Source: Heptranchias perlo (Eukaryota). From it: a stretch of DNA of 64,000 bases. The notes below the pieces were generated by a model that saw nothing but the letters and a program-made list of their open reading frames with translations, was not told where the DNA came from and did no database searches. Position numbers and translations under genes: made by a program. Where the stretch lies: positions 41,540,001-41,604,000 of the forward strand of contig NC_090329.1 of assembly GCF_035084215.1 (NCBI RefSeq), written 5' to 3'. Shown piece by piece: positions 48,281-60,956 of the stretch; position 1 is the first letter of the stretch; each line of letters opens with the position of its first letter.

Positions 48281-49467
48281 GATTCATAAGATACCCCGTT
48301 TGTCTCCCCTCTCCCCAAGAAGGACAGTGACCATTTGTAGGTGATTAGTTGATTTCTAAGCGTATATTTGAGTGCTCCTGGATGTGCTCCAGGTACCAGG
48401 GACTCCTTATGAGTGGCAAGATGGCAGCACAATTCACCGTAAAATGTGTAAGTCCATCCTGACCACAGCAGGATACACCTCATAGATTGATGCTTCCACC
48501 AGTTGTAGTTATGGAGCACCAACTGTTTACGGATCTGGTAGGTACTGAGCATTGGCTATACAAGCGTGTGTTCTTATACCTGACACTTATGTCACACTTT
48601 CCATCTGTCACCCTGTCTCAGAGTTTCCTCATCAGCTATGAGATCGATATCTGCTTCTACCATACTGGAAGGACCTACAGAGGGGAACTTGTGTCATGCA
48701 CGCCACCTTAATTATTTAGATGACCAAGTCGAATGCCACACACCAAGCTTAGTCAACACTGATTGCTTAATCAATGGCCTTGTGTGGGGACTTAAGCAAA
48801 TAGGTGTGCTCAGAGTAAGGCAAATTACCCTTCCTGAGTACAAAGTGATAGATCACTGTAGGCCAGGGCCCTTTCACCCTGCAACTGCTCCCACATTTTT
48901 GACACAAATTTATTTCAAAGCTTGGTCCTGGATCTCACGTATGAGCAGGAGAAAGCCCTTCGATTTCATGCCTAGAGCTCTGAACCATGAATGAGAACTG
49001 TTTGGATACAGGTGCTCGGTGGCAGAAATTTAACCTGCATTGGGACTTGGCTGTCATTAAAGACTGAGAGAAAAGATGAAAATGTCCATTGCCTCCTCTC
49101 AGTGCAGTCCCAAAGGACTATGTCCCGCTTGAAGTTGCTATCCACTGCCACATACCGCCATGAATCAACAATTAGAGCATATGCCTCTCTACCTTCCAAT
49201 CAATGCCTTCAAGATTAACTAAAGGACCATGAAAAGCTGTCATACTGTATTTGGCAGTACCACCATGATTAGCCCATTGTTCAAGATGGCATTGTTCATT
49301 GTTCAAGGTCTCCAGGTGAGTTCACCAATAAAACAATATCATCTGTGAAAATGAGAGACACAATGCTTTCAACACAGAGACTCCAATTCTATCCGTTATG
49401 ATACTAGTCATCACATAATTGATGAGGACATTGAATAAAATGAATGACGTTGGAAACCTTTGCCTCA

Positions 49468-49491
49468 CTATATATATATATATATATATAA
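49468..49491. repeat. (TA)n microsatellite
   Basis: Uninterrupted TA run. Confidence 0.95.
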
Positions 49492-50934
49492 CCGTAGCAA
49501 GAGGGGATTATATATAGTCAAATATATACATTACTGTAGCGAGAGGGGATTGAGGATTATGGTGAAAACGCAGAAATGTCAGGCTGAGATCAATCAAAAA
49601 GGGATGGACTTGGGCTAAATGGCCTTTGTAAAATTCCTATTCAGGAATGTTTCAAAAATGAGATGTTTTGGGCACTCACTGAATTAAAATCCATTTAAAT
49701 TGTTGTCTAAATCTAAGCATCAACTTTACACCAATTGTAATCAATGACACCATACTAAATGGATCATTTTATGATTTTCAGCTATTTGATTTTCAAGGGT
49801 CAGTGAGGGACCACTGGTAGTGGGCACCTGGGGTGGGATTATCCCACCAGCAGTAGCTGAGAGCTGTATTTTGACTAGTAATAACCTCATAATGGCAGGT
49901 GTACTAGAGTATAGAGTGACACCAAGAATTAGAATAGGAAATAAACTATTCAATAGGATGTCAGGTCAGCGAAAAGGTTTTAGGTCACTCAGTAAGACAG
50001 CAGGTCAAAGAAAAGATGATAAGCTGCTCAACTAGGAAACTCAGGAAACTCAATATTTTCCTTTTCTTCAATACTTCTGGTGAAAATAGAGCCAAAACTG
50101 ATTTAACCCTGATGGGGTAACTACATTTCTGTTGGAAATCTTGTCCTTGCAGACCAGGACAGCAGTGGAGGAATTAATGCACATCGAACACCACTAAACA
50201 CAACTACAAAAACAACCCTTATTGCATGAACATCCTGTCCAGCCTTATTCATTACAGTTAGCAATCAACAGGAATGTTTAATTTAAATCTGACAATTATA
50301 CCCTCAGGGGGATCATTTAAACTTTGTGCAATGGCAGATTTTCTGCCATTACCACCTGAGGTAAATCCACTATTACTCGCTCTGGGGAAAATCCTGACTC
50401 TGATTGCTCACTTATTGATTGTAAGTCAAGCTTTCACTACCTTTGTCTATAGAATCCAAACCGAGCAAAAAGCAATGTATTTTATGACAGGAAGCCTAAC
50501 TGCCTAAGGCCAACCATAAAAACAGATAAAACATACAGCATCAGACAAAAAGGCTTCTTGGGAAGTGTAAATTATGAAATAGATTAATTTAAATGCTATA
50601 GGTGGAGGTTGGGATAGAGAACTAATTGTTGGGATGAGCTATAAATAACAGTGGGTGACAAGATACACATTTATAGTAAAAGTCAAGGGAAAATAGCACA
50701 ATAATTAGACAAGGACCAATCACATCACTTTAAAGCTTTAGCTGCAGCTTTACCTAGTAACAGTAGGCACGAGTGCCTTTGGAATTGCTTCCATATATTA
50801 TCCAATTTGCTTTGTATATAGAATTCCTAATTCTGTTTAAAAATACAATTGAGAAACTTTCACTTCCTGATCATTAGTCCATTTTTGTGAAGGATAGTCA
50901 AAGTCAGTGCCAATGCAGAGTATTACCTGTACGT

Positions 50935-51048
50935 GAGAAGGGAGAGGGAGGGAGAAGAGGGAGGGGAGAGAGAGGGAGAAGGGGAAGGGAGGGGGAAAGA
51001 GTGGGAGGAAAGAAAGGGGAGGGAGGACATTGGAGGAAGGGGGAGAAA
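50935..51048. repeat. Polypurine (GA-rich) low-complexity tract
   Basis: Almost only G and A over about 110 bp. Confidence 0.85.
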
Positions 51049-52349
51049 GTATAACAGAACAGGCATTACAGCAGGTTTGTACAAAACCATAGGAACTGTT
51101 GATGTAGGACTTACACTTGGAAGGATGACAGATTCATATTGTTAATAATATATAGATATTTTGGGGTTATTTATTGGGTTTAATCAGTTTGGCCTAGATT
51201 TTCTGGAGTTATTTTAATGTTGATTGAAAAATCTAGGTGGTTTAATCCTAAATTCAGAAACCCAACTTTGTTGTTTTGGTTTTTAATTGCTCCCCATTTC
51301 CTCCCATTTAGCATTTCACAACCATGCTTTTCTGTTCAGTCAGGAGGGTGGAGCAAAGCACAACCTGCCCACAGATAGTGTCAATTCTATTGCTTGGCTA
51401 TATAATAATAGACCTTGAATTACTATAGTGCCTTATCAGAATTACTTTGAAGCACCGTCTGTTACCGCTCGTTTAGAGAATTCAAAACAACAGAAAACAG
51501 TAAACAGATATAAGTTGAAAATTACAATTCACTTAATAATAATATTTATGAAACAATTTTAAGAGCTCTAGCTATCAAGATTTGCTGGCATTTTAGTAAG
51601 ATAATATTCATTTATAAAGCATATTTAATATTGATATTGCTGAGTTTAAAAACACAGCTACTATATTTCACATCTCCATCCAATTCAGCAATATAAACAA
51701 ACAGGATGGCTGGGTGAGTCAGTATTATCAAGGCACAGATAAATGTCAAGGCAAATCAGATGGGTTTACTGATCACCAGACATCAAGTTGAGTGCATCCT
51801 GTGCTTGTTCACTGCTGCGGCTGCTCATATTGTACTTCAAGCAACAACAAAAAGGTAAAACAGTACAGGGTGGGATGTTTACTGTGAGCCTGCAGGCGAT
51901 GTGATTGTGACAGACATGTAAGCCAGCATTCAAAAAACCTAGGACTGAGTCACCTCCCCTCAAAGCACATCAAAAGAACAGCATAATGAAATGTTATGAT
52001 AAAAAAATTCAAAAGATTGAATGGAGGTCGGATCTCAACTCTAACCTTTGCCCACCTATTGTAATTTATCTAAACCTCCGTCTTCACTAGCCTAAACTCA
52101 ACTCCAAATATATGTTGTGGTGAAAACAAATTGGTTCATGAAGATAATAAAATACAATAGCTATAACAGTCATTATTTCATTAAAATAAAAGATGATCAA
52201 ATAACATCAACCTAAAGTTGCTATTATCCTATGATAAAATGAATAAAACTCTTGCTGTGTTGATTAGATAACTAGCACATGTTCCATTCATTTATGATAA
52301 TCTTCAAACCAACACTTGGGTCCTAGAAGTTAACAGAGGTGAATGCTGA

Positions 52350-53565
52350 ATATACGAAATAGGAGCAGGAGTAGGCCATCAAGGAAGATGGTAGTGGTTG
52401 TTGGAGGCCAATCATCTCAGCCTCAGGACATTGCTGCAGGAGTTCCTCAGGGCAGTGTCCTAGGCCCAACCATCTTCAGCTGCTTCATCAATGACCTTCC
52501 CTCCATCATAAGGTCAGAAATGGGGATGTTCGCTGATGATTGCACAGTGTTCAGTTCCATTCGCAGTCCCTCAGATAATGAAGCAGTCCGTGCCCGCATG
52601 CAGCAAGACCTGGACAACATCCAGGCTTCGGCTCATAAGTGGCAAGTAACATTCGCGCCAGACAAGTGCCAGGCAATGATCATCTCCAACAAGAGAATCT
52701 AACCATCTCCCCTTGACATTCAACGGCATTACCATCACCAAATCTGCCACCATCAACATCCTGGGGGTCACCATTGACCAGAAACTTAACTGGACCAGTC
52801 ACATAAATACTGTGGCTACAAGAGCAGGTCAGAGGCTGGGTATTCTGCAGCGAGTGACTCACCTCCTGACTCCCCAAAGCCTTTCCACCATCTACAAGGC
52901 ACAAGTCAGGAGTGTGATGGAATGCTCTCTACTTGCCTGGATGAGTGCAGCTCCAACAACACTCAAGAAGCTCGACACAATTCAGGACAAAGCAGCCCGC
53001 TTGATTGGCACCCCATCCACCACCCTTATCATTCACTCCCTTCACCACCGGCGCACCGTGGCTGCAGTGTGTACCAGCTACAGGAAGCACTGCAGCAACT
53101 CGCCATGGCTTCTTCGACAGCACCTCTCAAACCTGCGACCTCTATCATCTAGAAGGATAAGGGTAGCAGGTACATGGGAACAACACCACCTGCACGTTCC
53201 CCTCTAAGTCACACACCATCACGACTTGGAAATATATCACCGTTCTTTCATTGTCGCTGGGTCAAAATCCTGGAACTCCTTACCTAACAGCACTGTGGGA
53301 GAACTACACAGACTGCAGTGGTTCAAGAAGGCAGCTCACCACCACCTTCTCAAGGGCAATTAGGGATGGGCAATAAATGCTGGCCTTGCCAGCGATGCTC
53401 ACATCCCATGAACGAATAAAAAAAAATAAGGCTCCTCCAGCCTGCTCCGCCATTCAATAAGATCATGGCTGATCTTCCTCCTCAAGTCCACTTTCCCACC
53501 CAATCCCCGTATCCCTCGATTCCCTTAGTGTCAGATAGTGCCAATCCCCGTATCCCTCGATTCCC
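52350..53565 (-). mobile_element. CR1 3' tail split by a family B LINE (pieces 52350-52380 and 53427-53565)
   Basis: aaataggagcaggagtaggccat|...|ctccagcctgctccgccattcaataagatcatggctgatc; local duplication of ccaatccccgtatccctcgattccc. Confidence 0.85.
52381..53426 (+). mobile_element. LINE family B, 5'-truncated
   Basis: GVPQGSVLGP, MFADD, ILGVTIDQKLNW; tail cacatcccatgaacgaataaaaaaaaa. Confidence 0.95.
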
Positions 53566-54089
53566 AAGGCCAAGAGAAAGCTGTGAGAAACCCGATGGTG
53601 AGATCAAAGACTACAGACCACAAGAGGGAGTAAGGTTTCATCAACAATTGAATTGCAACTTTTTTGGCCCCCATTTTAAAAGTTCTACTGCTAGTTTCCC
53701 CATACTGTACAATCCCTAGACAAAAAAATAATTCTCCCATTCCTCTTCAGCTACAATCTGTCAGGTTATACACCTTCCTCTTCCCTGCATCCACACTGTG
53801 TTTAAATCAAGGTTCAGTGCATAGTTTTCTACTCTAACTCATCCTGTGCCTAGACCTCAAATGTCTTGGACACCTTATGTGCCTCAGCCTTTCCTTTCTC
53901 CTACAATCTACAGTCTGCTTGCTCTCTTTGTTTTGCAGATTCCAAGGTGGATTTTCAAGATCTGTAAACCCTATGGCATGGGTATTGATGAAGGAAACAA
54001 ATGTCTTCTGTGATATCCGACTCTAAGAAACTCCGATTTAGCCTCTTCCAAATCTCATCCTTCTGCTCTTTCTAGCACAGGAATAGAGA

Positions 54090-55270
54090 GATTCCCATTG
54101 GGAAATTATTTTTGCTAGCCTAGAAAATTACTTTCTCAAATGCTCGCAAAAACTGTCAGGAGAAGTTTTCACAGAAGTACCAGGGCAAGAACCAACCAAA
54201 AAGCACCATGCAGGCAAAGTTTCTGCAAGCTTCAGTCAGGAAATTCAAAAATGGCCTCTTCCGTGTGATACCCACCTCAGGAATGCTGCTGGGCTGCCCA
54301 TACCATCACTTTAAAGTGACAGCTCTCTGGGAGGTCGGATTAGCGATGGACGTTGGGGGAAATTGCACCGGAATGTTGGTCATGCCAATTGCCTTTGCAC
54401 ACTTTCAGGAGTTTCGAACAGTAGAGATAGTAGGGTAGAAACTCTGACAGCAAAAGAGCTTTCACAGGCAGGAACTGGGTGAGTGAGGGTTGGGACGTCA
54501 CAGGTTACAGAACTCACCACCTGCTTTGTGCAGGATTTTTGATGTGGTTGTATACCCATGGCACTCTCTCTTGCAAAGAATGTGCAAAAGCTTCAGGAGG
54601 CAGCCAAAATGTATTCACATCTGGCATAACGAGGCAGCCCACAATTTCCTTGTTTTCCCAGTAAAGTTATTGCCTGTCAGGACGAGATCGCTCAAAGTTA
54701 CACTGTCATTTTTTTTCTGCCATTTCATTCAAAGATATGGGAATAGTTTTCGCTGCTCCCCCATTGTAAGACTTCATGCAAGAGGATGAAGAAGAACAAA
54801 AAAGACATGTCAGGGAGATCAGGTGGCATCAGTTCCAGACTCCCATACCCATACCCACAATCATGCCACCAGTCATATATACAGCCCTAGGCATAGCTAA
54901 CTGGCAATGATGGCAGAGAACTGCCTCAGACTGAGCAAGGAGGCAAGGTTTCCACCAATCACCCATCAAATCATCCAAACTGCCTGGTCAAAGATAGCCG
55001 AGGGGTGATTGTTCCCTGCAACACCCAGAGGATCTGGATGTAAATGTGGATGTCGATGACAGACCTGAGGAAAAACGCCAAGGCAATGCTGCCCCAGCAG
55101 CTGCCCAGCGCAACTATCTGTCCCAAATATGCATGTCACAAAGTGTATCCTCAGTCTGAAAGCTGATAGGCAGCATTGCTAACAAGGATGTAGCTCTTTT
55201 GCCTCATTGAACACAGCAATACCTCAAGGACACCATTTGTAAATATGGCCTTGCAATGTTTAGAGTCCTC
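54090..55270 (+). mobile_element. Old Harbinger relic related to 42.2-43.9 kb
   Basis: atatggg...gatgaagaagaacaaaaaagacatgtcagg parallels 42658-42737; heavily decayed; ends approximate. Confidence 0.5.
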
Positions 55271-55339
55271 TATTGCACAGCAACAGTGTGCAGCTGCAAT
55301 CCTTTACTGTTCATTCCAGATCGAAGTCCTTCAAATAGC

Positions 55340-55452
55340 TTGTGTTTTGGATGCGATGTTAAACTGAGGCCCTGCCATTCTTAGTTGGGTATGAAAGCTC
55401 TCTTGGCACTATTTGAAGTAGAGCAGGGAAAATATTCCTGAAGTCCTGACCG
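55340..55452 (+). mobile_element. DeuSINE central fragment
   Basis: ttttggatgcgatgttaaactgaggccc...ggcactatttgaagtagagcaggg matches 57780-57870. Confidence 0.7.
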
Positions 55453-55535
55453 ATGAAGGTGTGTCAGGGAGATCAGATGGCACCAGGATCAATCAAACTT
55501 CAACACTTCAGAAATCTCAGTTAGTCCGATACCAG

Positions 55536-56340
55536 GGGCATGATTTTAACTCAGAAAAATGGGTGGGTTGGGGGCCGGGTGGGGGGGGGGGGCAGTAAAA
55601 ATTTTAAAAATCTAAAACCTGCTCCCAACCTGCCCATTTCTGGTTTTAACAGAGGCAGCACGAGGGGCGGGTAACCAACCTGCTCTCAGGAGGCAGGCTG
55701 GTCACTAAAAGCTTGCAAGGAGGCTGCGGGCCTCTATTTTAACAGATTTTTTGTTTTTAACCCCTGGGGGACCATGATGCCTGGGCCTTCTCCTTCACAC
55801 TATGTGAGAGGAGGCGAAAAGGCCCAAAACTGCAGATAAATTGCCTTTATCGCACAGCTTGTGGGCCCAGAGGAGCAGGAGTGCTTCCCCCAGGCCCGAC
55901 CTGCAGCGACCGTCCCCATGATCTCCGCGATGACTGACCCCCGATCCCTCCCGGATGATCCCCCGGTGACTGACCCCCCCTCGATGACTGACCCCCGATC
56001 CCCCCCACCGGATGACACCCCCGGTGACTGACCCCCCCACCCCACCGATGACTGACCCCCCCCCAACTGACCACCTCCCCGATGACTGACAGCCCTCTCT
56101 CGATGACTGACAGTCTCCCCCGATGACTGACCCACCCGATGACCCACCCAGCCCCCTGGCTCTTCTCCAGTCCAACTGAGAGCTGGCCTTTCAATCAGGC
56201 TGGCCTGTCGGGTAGGAAACCAGCAAAAAAGAAAAAAACGACATCGTTACGTAAATGTCGTATGGACATCCGGGAGGAAATCCGTACTTCTGGGTTTCCC
56301 GTCAGGAACTCCCCCCTACCCCCAAGCTAAAATTATGCCC
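55536..56340. mobile_element. Harbinger non-autonomous element, same design as 7446-8200
   Basis: TIR gggcatgatttt / aaaattatgccc; internal (ccgatgactgaccccc)n at about 55915-56150. Confidence 0.9.
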
Positions 56341-56704
56341 TTTATGAGCAGAAATTCTATGTAGTGAATGGACTCAGTAGAATTAGGATTCTTGCCAAAT
56401 AAATGGGAGAACTATGTAAGGATTATATGTGAGATATTGGTTTGGGAAGAGTTGAGACAAGGTAACTTCCTGCACCTGAGGCACTGGGTGTGGAGCACAG
56501 AACTCTATTTATGTCATCGATCTCGGAAATACAGCTTCAAATAGTGGCTTGGAAACGTACCAACATAATTATATTATCATATACAGCATGTGTAGGTTTG
56601 CCTTGTCATGCTCTGTGGGATGTTAAAAAGGTGAGTTGTTACTGAAACAGTGCAAGCCATGTCAAGGATGCTCTAATAGAATTGCCAGCAAATGAGGTTT
56701 TCTC

Positions 56705-57022
56705 CTTATTTGTTATTGAGATGGGGGCAGCACTGGCAAGGCAGCATTTATTGGCCATTCCTAGTTGCCCTGACAGCTTTAAGAGTTAACTATGTTGTAT
56801 GGGACTGGGTCACATGTAAGCTAGAGCAACAGGTTCCCTTTCCTAAAAGATGTTAGTGAACAAGATGGGTTTTTACAACAATCTAGCAGCTTTCCTGCTC
56901 CTTTTTTGCCTGATATTAACCCATAAATTACCAAATGGATTAAATTCAGTTCCATAACTTGTCACAGTGTGATTTAAACCTATGACCTCTGAGTTGCCAG
57001 TCCAGTTCCATAGCCACTAGGT
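56705..57022 (-). mobile_element. tRNA-headed SINE sharing body and tail with LINE family B
   Basis: The minus strand begins ctagtggctatggaactggactgg...ggtttaaatc; gttagtgaacaagatgggtttttacaacaatct matches 46982-47014; gcatttattggccattcctagttgccct matches 43922-43949. Confidence 0.8.
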
Positions 57023-57709
57023 AAGCTCTGGTAAATCAAGAATCATTAGACACAAACTTGGAGCACAATATTTAATCATCAAGCATCATCTGCCCCACCA
57101 AACACTCTGGATAATCCCCTAAGTGAACTGCAAAGCATGAGAAATACCAATTCAAATTATTCCAAAGGCAGCTTCTTGGTTTCAGTTGTCCCATGCACTG
57201 TGGTCGGACGTAACAGTATAAAGACAGAGATACAAAAAGACAGATGGAAACAAAAGAGACGCAGAGACAGAAACAGAAAGAAACACCAAGGCAAAGGAAC
57301 CAAGAGGAAAAAAAAGAGAAAAACGTGAAAGGACAGAGAGAGACAAAGGAACATTCCAACAGAATGACTGATACTTGAACCATGATGAGAATAAAAACAC
57401 AAAATACTGGAAATAAGAAACTGCTCCATCAGTATCTGCAAACAGAAATTACAGGTTAGCATTCCAGCTACAGACTTTGTGTTCGATTTTGCTTTGAGCT
57501 GCCACCCATTTTCAGACAATTTTGGGTGCTAAACTGAGTAAAATGGAGATTTTAAAGCCTACTGCCTCAAATCAGCCATTAAAAAGCTGCACCTAAATTC
57601 CCATTAGCCTTTAGCACTTGCCCTGAGCTTGCTCTATTGTATTTAAATGGGGTTGGGTAGGCATGGCCAATCTTCCTGCTGAATTTCCACCAATTTCTGT
57701 CTCAAAGAC

Positions 57710-58070
57710 TTGAGCACAAAATCTAGGCTGACACTTTAATGCAGTACTGAGGGAGTGATGCATTGTCGGAGGTGCCGTCTTTTGGATGAGACGTTAAACC
57801 ACGGCCCCATCTGCTCTCTCAGATGGACATAAAAGATCCCATGGCATAATTCAAAGAAGAGCAGGGGAGTTCTCCCCGATGTCCCGGCCAATAATTACCC
57901 CTCAAGCAACACCACTAAAACAGATTATCTGGTCATTATCACAATGCTGTTTGTGGCACCTTGCTGTGCGCAGAATTGCCTGCCTTGTTTCCTAAATTAC
58001 AACAGTGACTACACTTCAAAAATACTTCATTGCTTGTAAAGCGCTTTGGGACGTCCTGAGATCATGAAGT
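57710..58070 (+). mobile_element. DeuSINE (SacSINE1/AmnSINE-related Deu domain) with L2-type tail
   Basis: ggtgccgtcttttggatgagacgttaaacc...aaagatcccatggca...gatgtcccggccaa, the Deu-domain motif as I recall it; tail gtaaagcgctttgggacgtcctgag. Confidence 0.8.
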
Positions 58071-58480
58071 CATTTCTACTTTCAAACCCAGTGAAATTTA
58101 TACTACCACTATGTAAGTGGCAGCATGACAAGTGTATCCCTGAGGCAGATGCCGCCACATAATTTGTCACGTCTCATTTATTTCCAATGATTGTCACCAT
58201 TTCCTGTGAGGAATGCGACCTTTCTGAATCTCATTGTTTAAAGCTACAAAAATTGCCCCACAGCCTTACTGGGGGCCAGCAGAAGAAAATTTCCTTATAG
58301 TGGGAGGGCCAGGTTGACATGAGAGCAAAGAAAGAAGTACATCCACCCTCCTGCCCTCCAATTCAGGTACTACAAGAAAAACAACTCACTGCAACTCCAT
58401 TCCAAGAAGGGTAGTTTTGTCTCTGAATGTCACCGTCCAAATACCCCTCCCTCCCATGGCGTCTGCCAAGAAAACACCCT

Positions 58481-58887
58481 GGCCCCAATATTAGCGGGGA
58501 GGCGGGATGGCAGTGGGGGGCCGTTTGGGCGCGTGGGTAACCCGTCCAATAAAATCTGTCCATTCCCCACATGATCACCGGTCAATTGGAGCCATTTAAC
58601 GTGGCTTCCGGGTTTGCCGTCTGAAAGCTGCGCAGTGGGTAGACAGCGCACCTGCATCATAGGCTGTCAGCTGGAGGAGCTCTGCTTAAAGGGGCAGTCC
58701 TCCAATGGCTGCTCCTGGAGCAAACACCCACACAGCACAATGGAGCAGCACAGGGGAAAGGCTGCTCCTAGATTTAGTGATGCCTCACTCCAGGTACTAC
58801 TGGGTGGGGTGAGGAGGAGAAGGGATGTCTTCTACCCGGCTGATGGGAGGAAGTGGCCTGCCTCTGCCACCAAGAAGGCCTGGCTCA
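58481..58887 (+). mobile_element. Harbinger copy 4: Myb-side end with exon 1 truncated
   Basis: TIR ggccccaatatt; ATG at 58740, MEQHRGKAAPRFSDASLQVLLGGVRRRRDVFYPADGRKWPASATKKAWL. Confidence 0.92.
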
Positions 58888-58903
58888 AGGCCTTCTTGGT
58901 GGC

Positions 58904-60034
58904 TTAGAAAATATCAACGGGATTAGACAAAGTCAACATGGATTTATGAAAGGGAAATCATGTTTGACAAACCTACTGGAGTTTTTTGAGGATGTAACTG
59001 GTAGAATAGATAAGGGAGAACCAGTGGATGTGGTTTATTTGGATTTTCAGAAGGCCTTTGATAAAGTCCCACATAAGAAGTTAGTCTGCAAAATTAAAGA
59101 ATATAGGATTGGGGGTAATATAGTGGCATGGATTGAAAATTGGTTAACAGACAGGAAACAGAGTAGGAATAAATGGGTCTTTTTCGGGGCGGCAGGCAGT
59201 GACTAGTGGGGTACCGCAGGGATCAGTGCTTGGGCCCAGCTATTCACAGTATATATCAATGATTTGGATGAGGGAACCAAATGTAATATTTCCAAGTTTG
59301 CTGACGACACAAAACTAGGTGGGATTGTGAGTTGTGAGGAGGATGCAAAGAGGCTTCAAGGCGATTTAGACAAGTTGAGTGAGTGGGCAAATACACAGCA
59401 GGTGCCGTATAATGTGGATAAATGTGAAGTTATCCACTTCGGAAGGAAAAACAGAAAGGCAGAATATTATTTAAATGATGATAGATTGGGGAATGTTGAT
59501 GTACAAAGGGACCTTGTACACCAGTCACTGAAAGCAAACATGCAGGTGCAGCAAGCAGTTAGGAAGGCAAATGGTATGTTGGCCTTCAGTGCAAGAGGAT
59601 TTGAGTACAGGAGCAAGGATGTCTTACTGAAGTTACACAGGGCTTCGGTGAGAGCACTGGAGTATTTTGTGCAGTTTTGGTCTCCTTATCTAAGAAAGGA
59701 TATATTTGCCATAGAGGGAGTGCAGCGAAGGTTCACCAGACTGATCCCTGGGATGGCAGGGCTGTCATATGAGGAGAGATTGGGTCGACTCGGCCTGTAT
59801 TCACTCGAGTTTAGAAGAATAAGAGGGGATCTCATTGAAATATATAAAATTCTGTCAGGGCTAGACAGACTGGATGCAGGGTGGATGTTTCCCCTGGCTG
59901 GGGGGTCCAGAACGAGGGGTCACAGTCTCAGGATACGGGGTAGGACATTTAAGACTGAGATGAGGAGAAATTTCTTCACTCAGAGGGTGGTGAACCTGAG
60001 GAATTCTCTATCACAGAAGGCCGTGGAGGCCAAG
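58904..60034 (+). mobile_element. CR1 ORF2 3' half (RT to C-terminus), lacking the 3' tail
   Basis: LENINGIRQSQHGFMKGKSCLTNLLEFFEDVT...YLDFQKAFDKVPH...FADDTKL...FFTQRVVNL; stops at gtggaggccaag. Confidence 0.96.
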
Positions 60035-60712
60035 CGAGATCAGAGGGGGATAAAGGAGGGCCCGAGAGTGGGAGAGCTGAGCTGGGCGAGATCGGAGGTG
60101 GATAAAGGAGGGCCCGAGAGCGGGAGAGCTGAGCTGGGCGAGATCGGAGGTGGATAAAGGAGGGCCCGAGAGCGGGAGAGCTGAGCTGGGCGAGATCGGA
60201 GGTGGATAAAGGAGGGCCCGAGAGCGGGAGAGCTGAGCTGGGCGAGATCGGAGGTGGATAAAGGAGGGCCCGAGAGCGGGAGAGCTGAGCTCAGCGAGAT
60301 CGGAGGTGGATAAAGGAGGGCCCGAGAGCGGGAGAGCTGAGCTGGGCGAGATCGGAGGTGGATAAAGGAGGGCCCGAGAGCGGGAGAGCTGAGCTGAGAC
60401 CAGCGGAGGCGGATAAAGGAGGGCCCGAGAGCGGGAGAGCTGAGCTGAGACCAGCGGAGGTGGATAAAGGAGGGCCCGAGAGCGGGAGAGCTGAGCTGAG
60501 ACCAGCGGAGGCGGATAAAGGAGGGCCCGAGAGCGGGAGAGCTGAGCTGAGACCAGCGGAGGTGGATAAAGGAGGGCCCGAGAGCGGGAGAGCTGAGCTG
60601 AGACCAGCGGAGGCGGATAAAGGAGGGCCCGAGAGCGGGAGAGCTGAGCTGAGACCAGCGGAGGTGGATAAAGGAGGGCCCGAGAGCGGGAGAGCTGAGC
60701 TGAGACCAGCGG
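60035..60712 (+). repeat. Tandem array: seven 52-bp-type units then six 51-bp units plus a partial
   Basis: cgagatc at 60035, 60087, 60139...; ccagcgg at 60400, 60451...60706; shared core ggataaaggagggcccgagagcgggagagctgagctg. Confidence 0.97.
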
Positions 60713-60724
60713 TGGCGTTCCTGA

Positions 60725-60736
60725 GGTGACGTCACC
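60725..60736. promoter_or_regulatory. CRE/ATF palindrome in the CR1 5'UTR
   Basis: ggTGACGTCAcc, followed by a tgacg half-site and gattgg (inverted CCAAT); function is inferred only. Confidence 0.4.
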
Positions 60737-60956
60737 AGTGAAAAAGTGACGCGGCGAAGGGGAGGCTGCTGATTGGTAAGTAGGTTCAGGTGAGTATTTC
60801 TACTATTCTACAGTGCAGTAACTAAAGTAAAAAGAAAGGGAAGGTCTGCAGGTCTTATAGCAAGTTTTTAGTGAATCAAGGCCGCTAGTGCAGTTAACAT
60901 TGTCTAAATTAAGAGTAATTAAGGGAGTAACTAATGAGCTTAATCTAAGGCAAGTC

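Noticed and set aside
60040-60735. 231-aa and 123-aa repetitive ORFs
   Set aside because: Artefacts of the 52/51-bp array.
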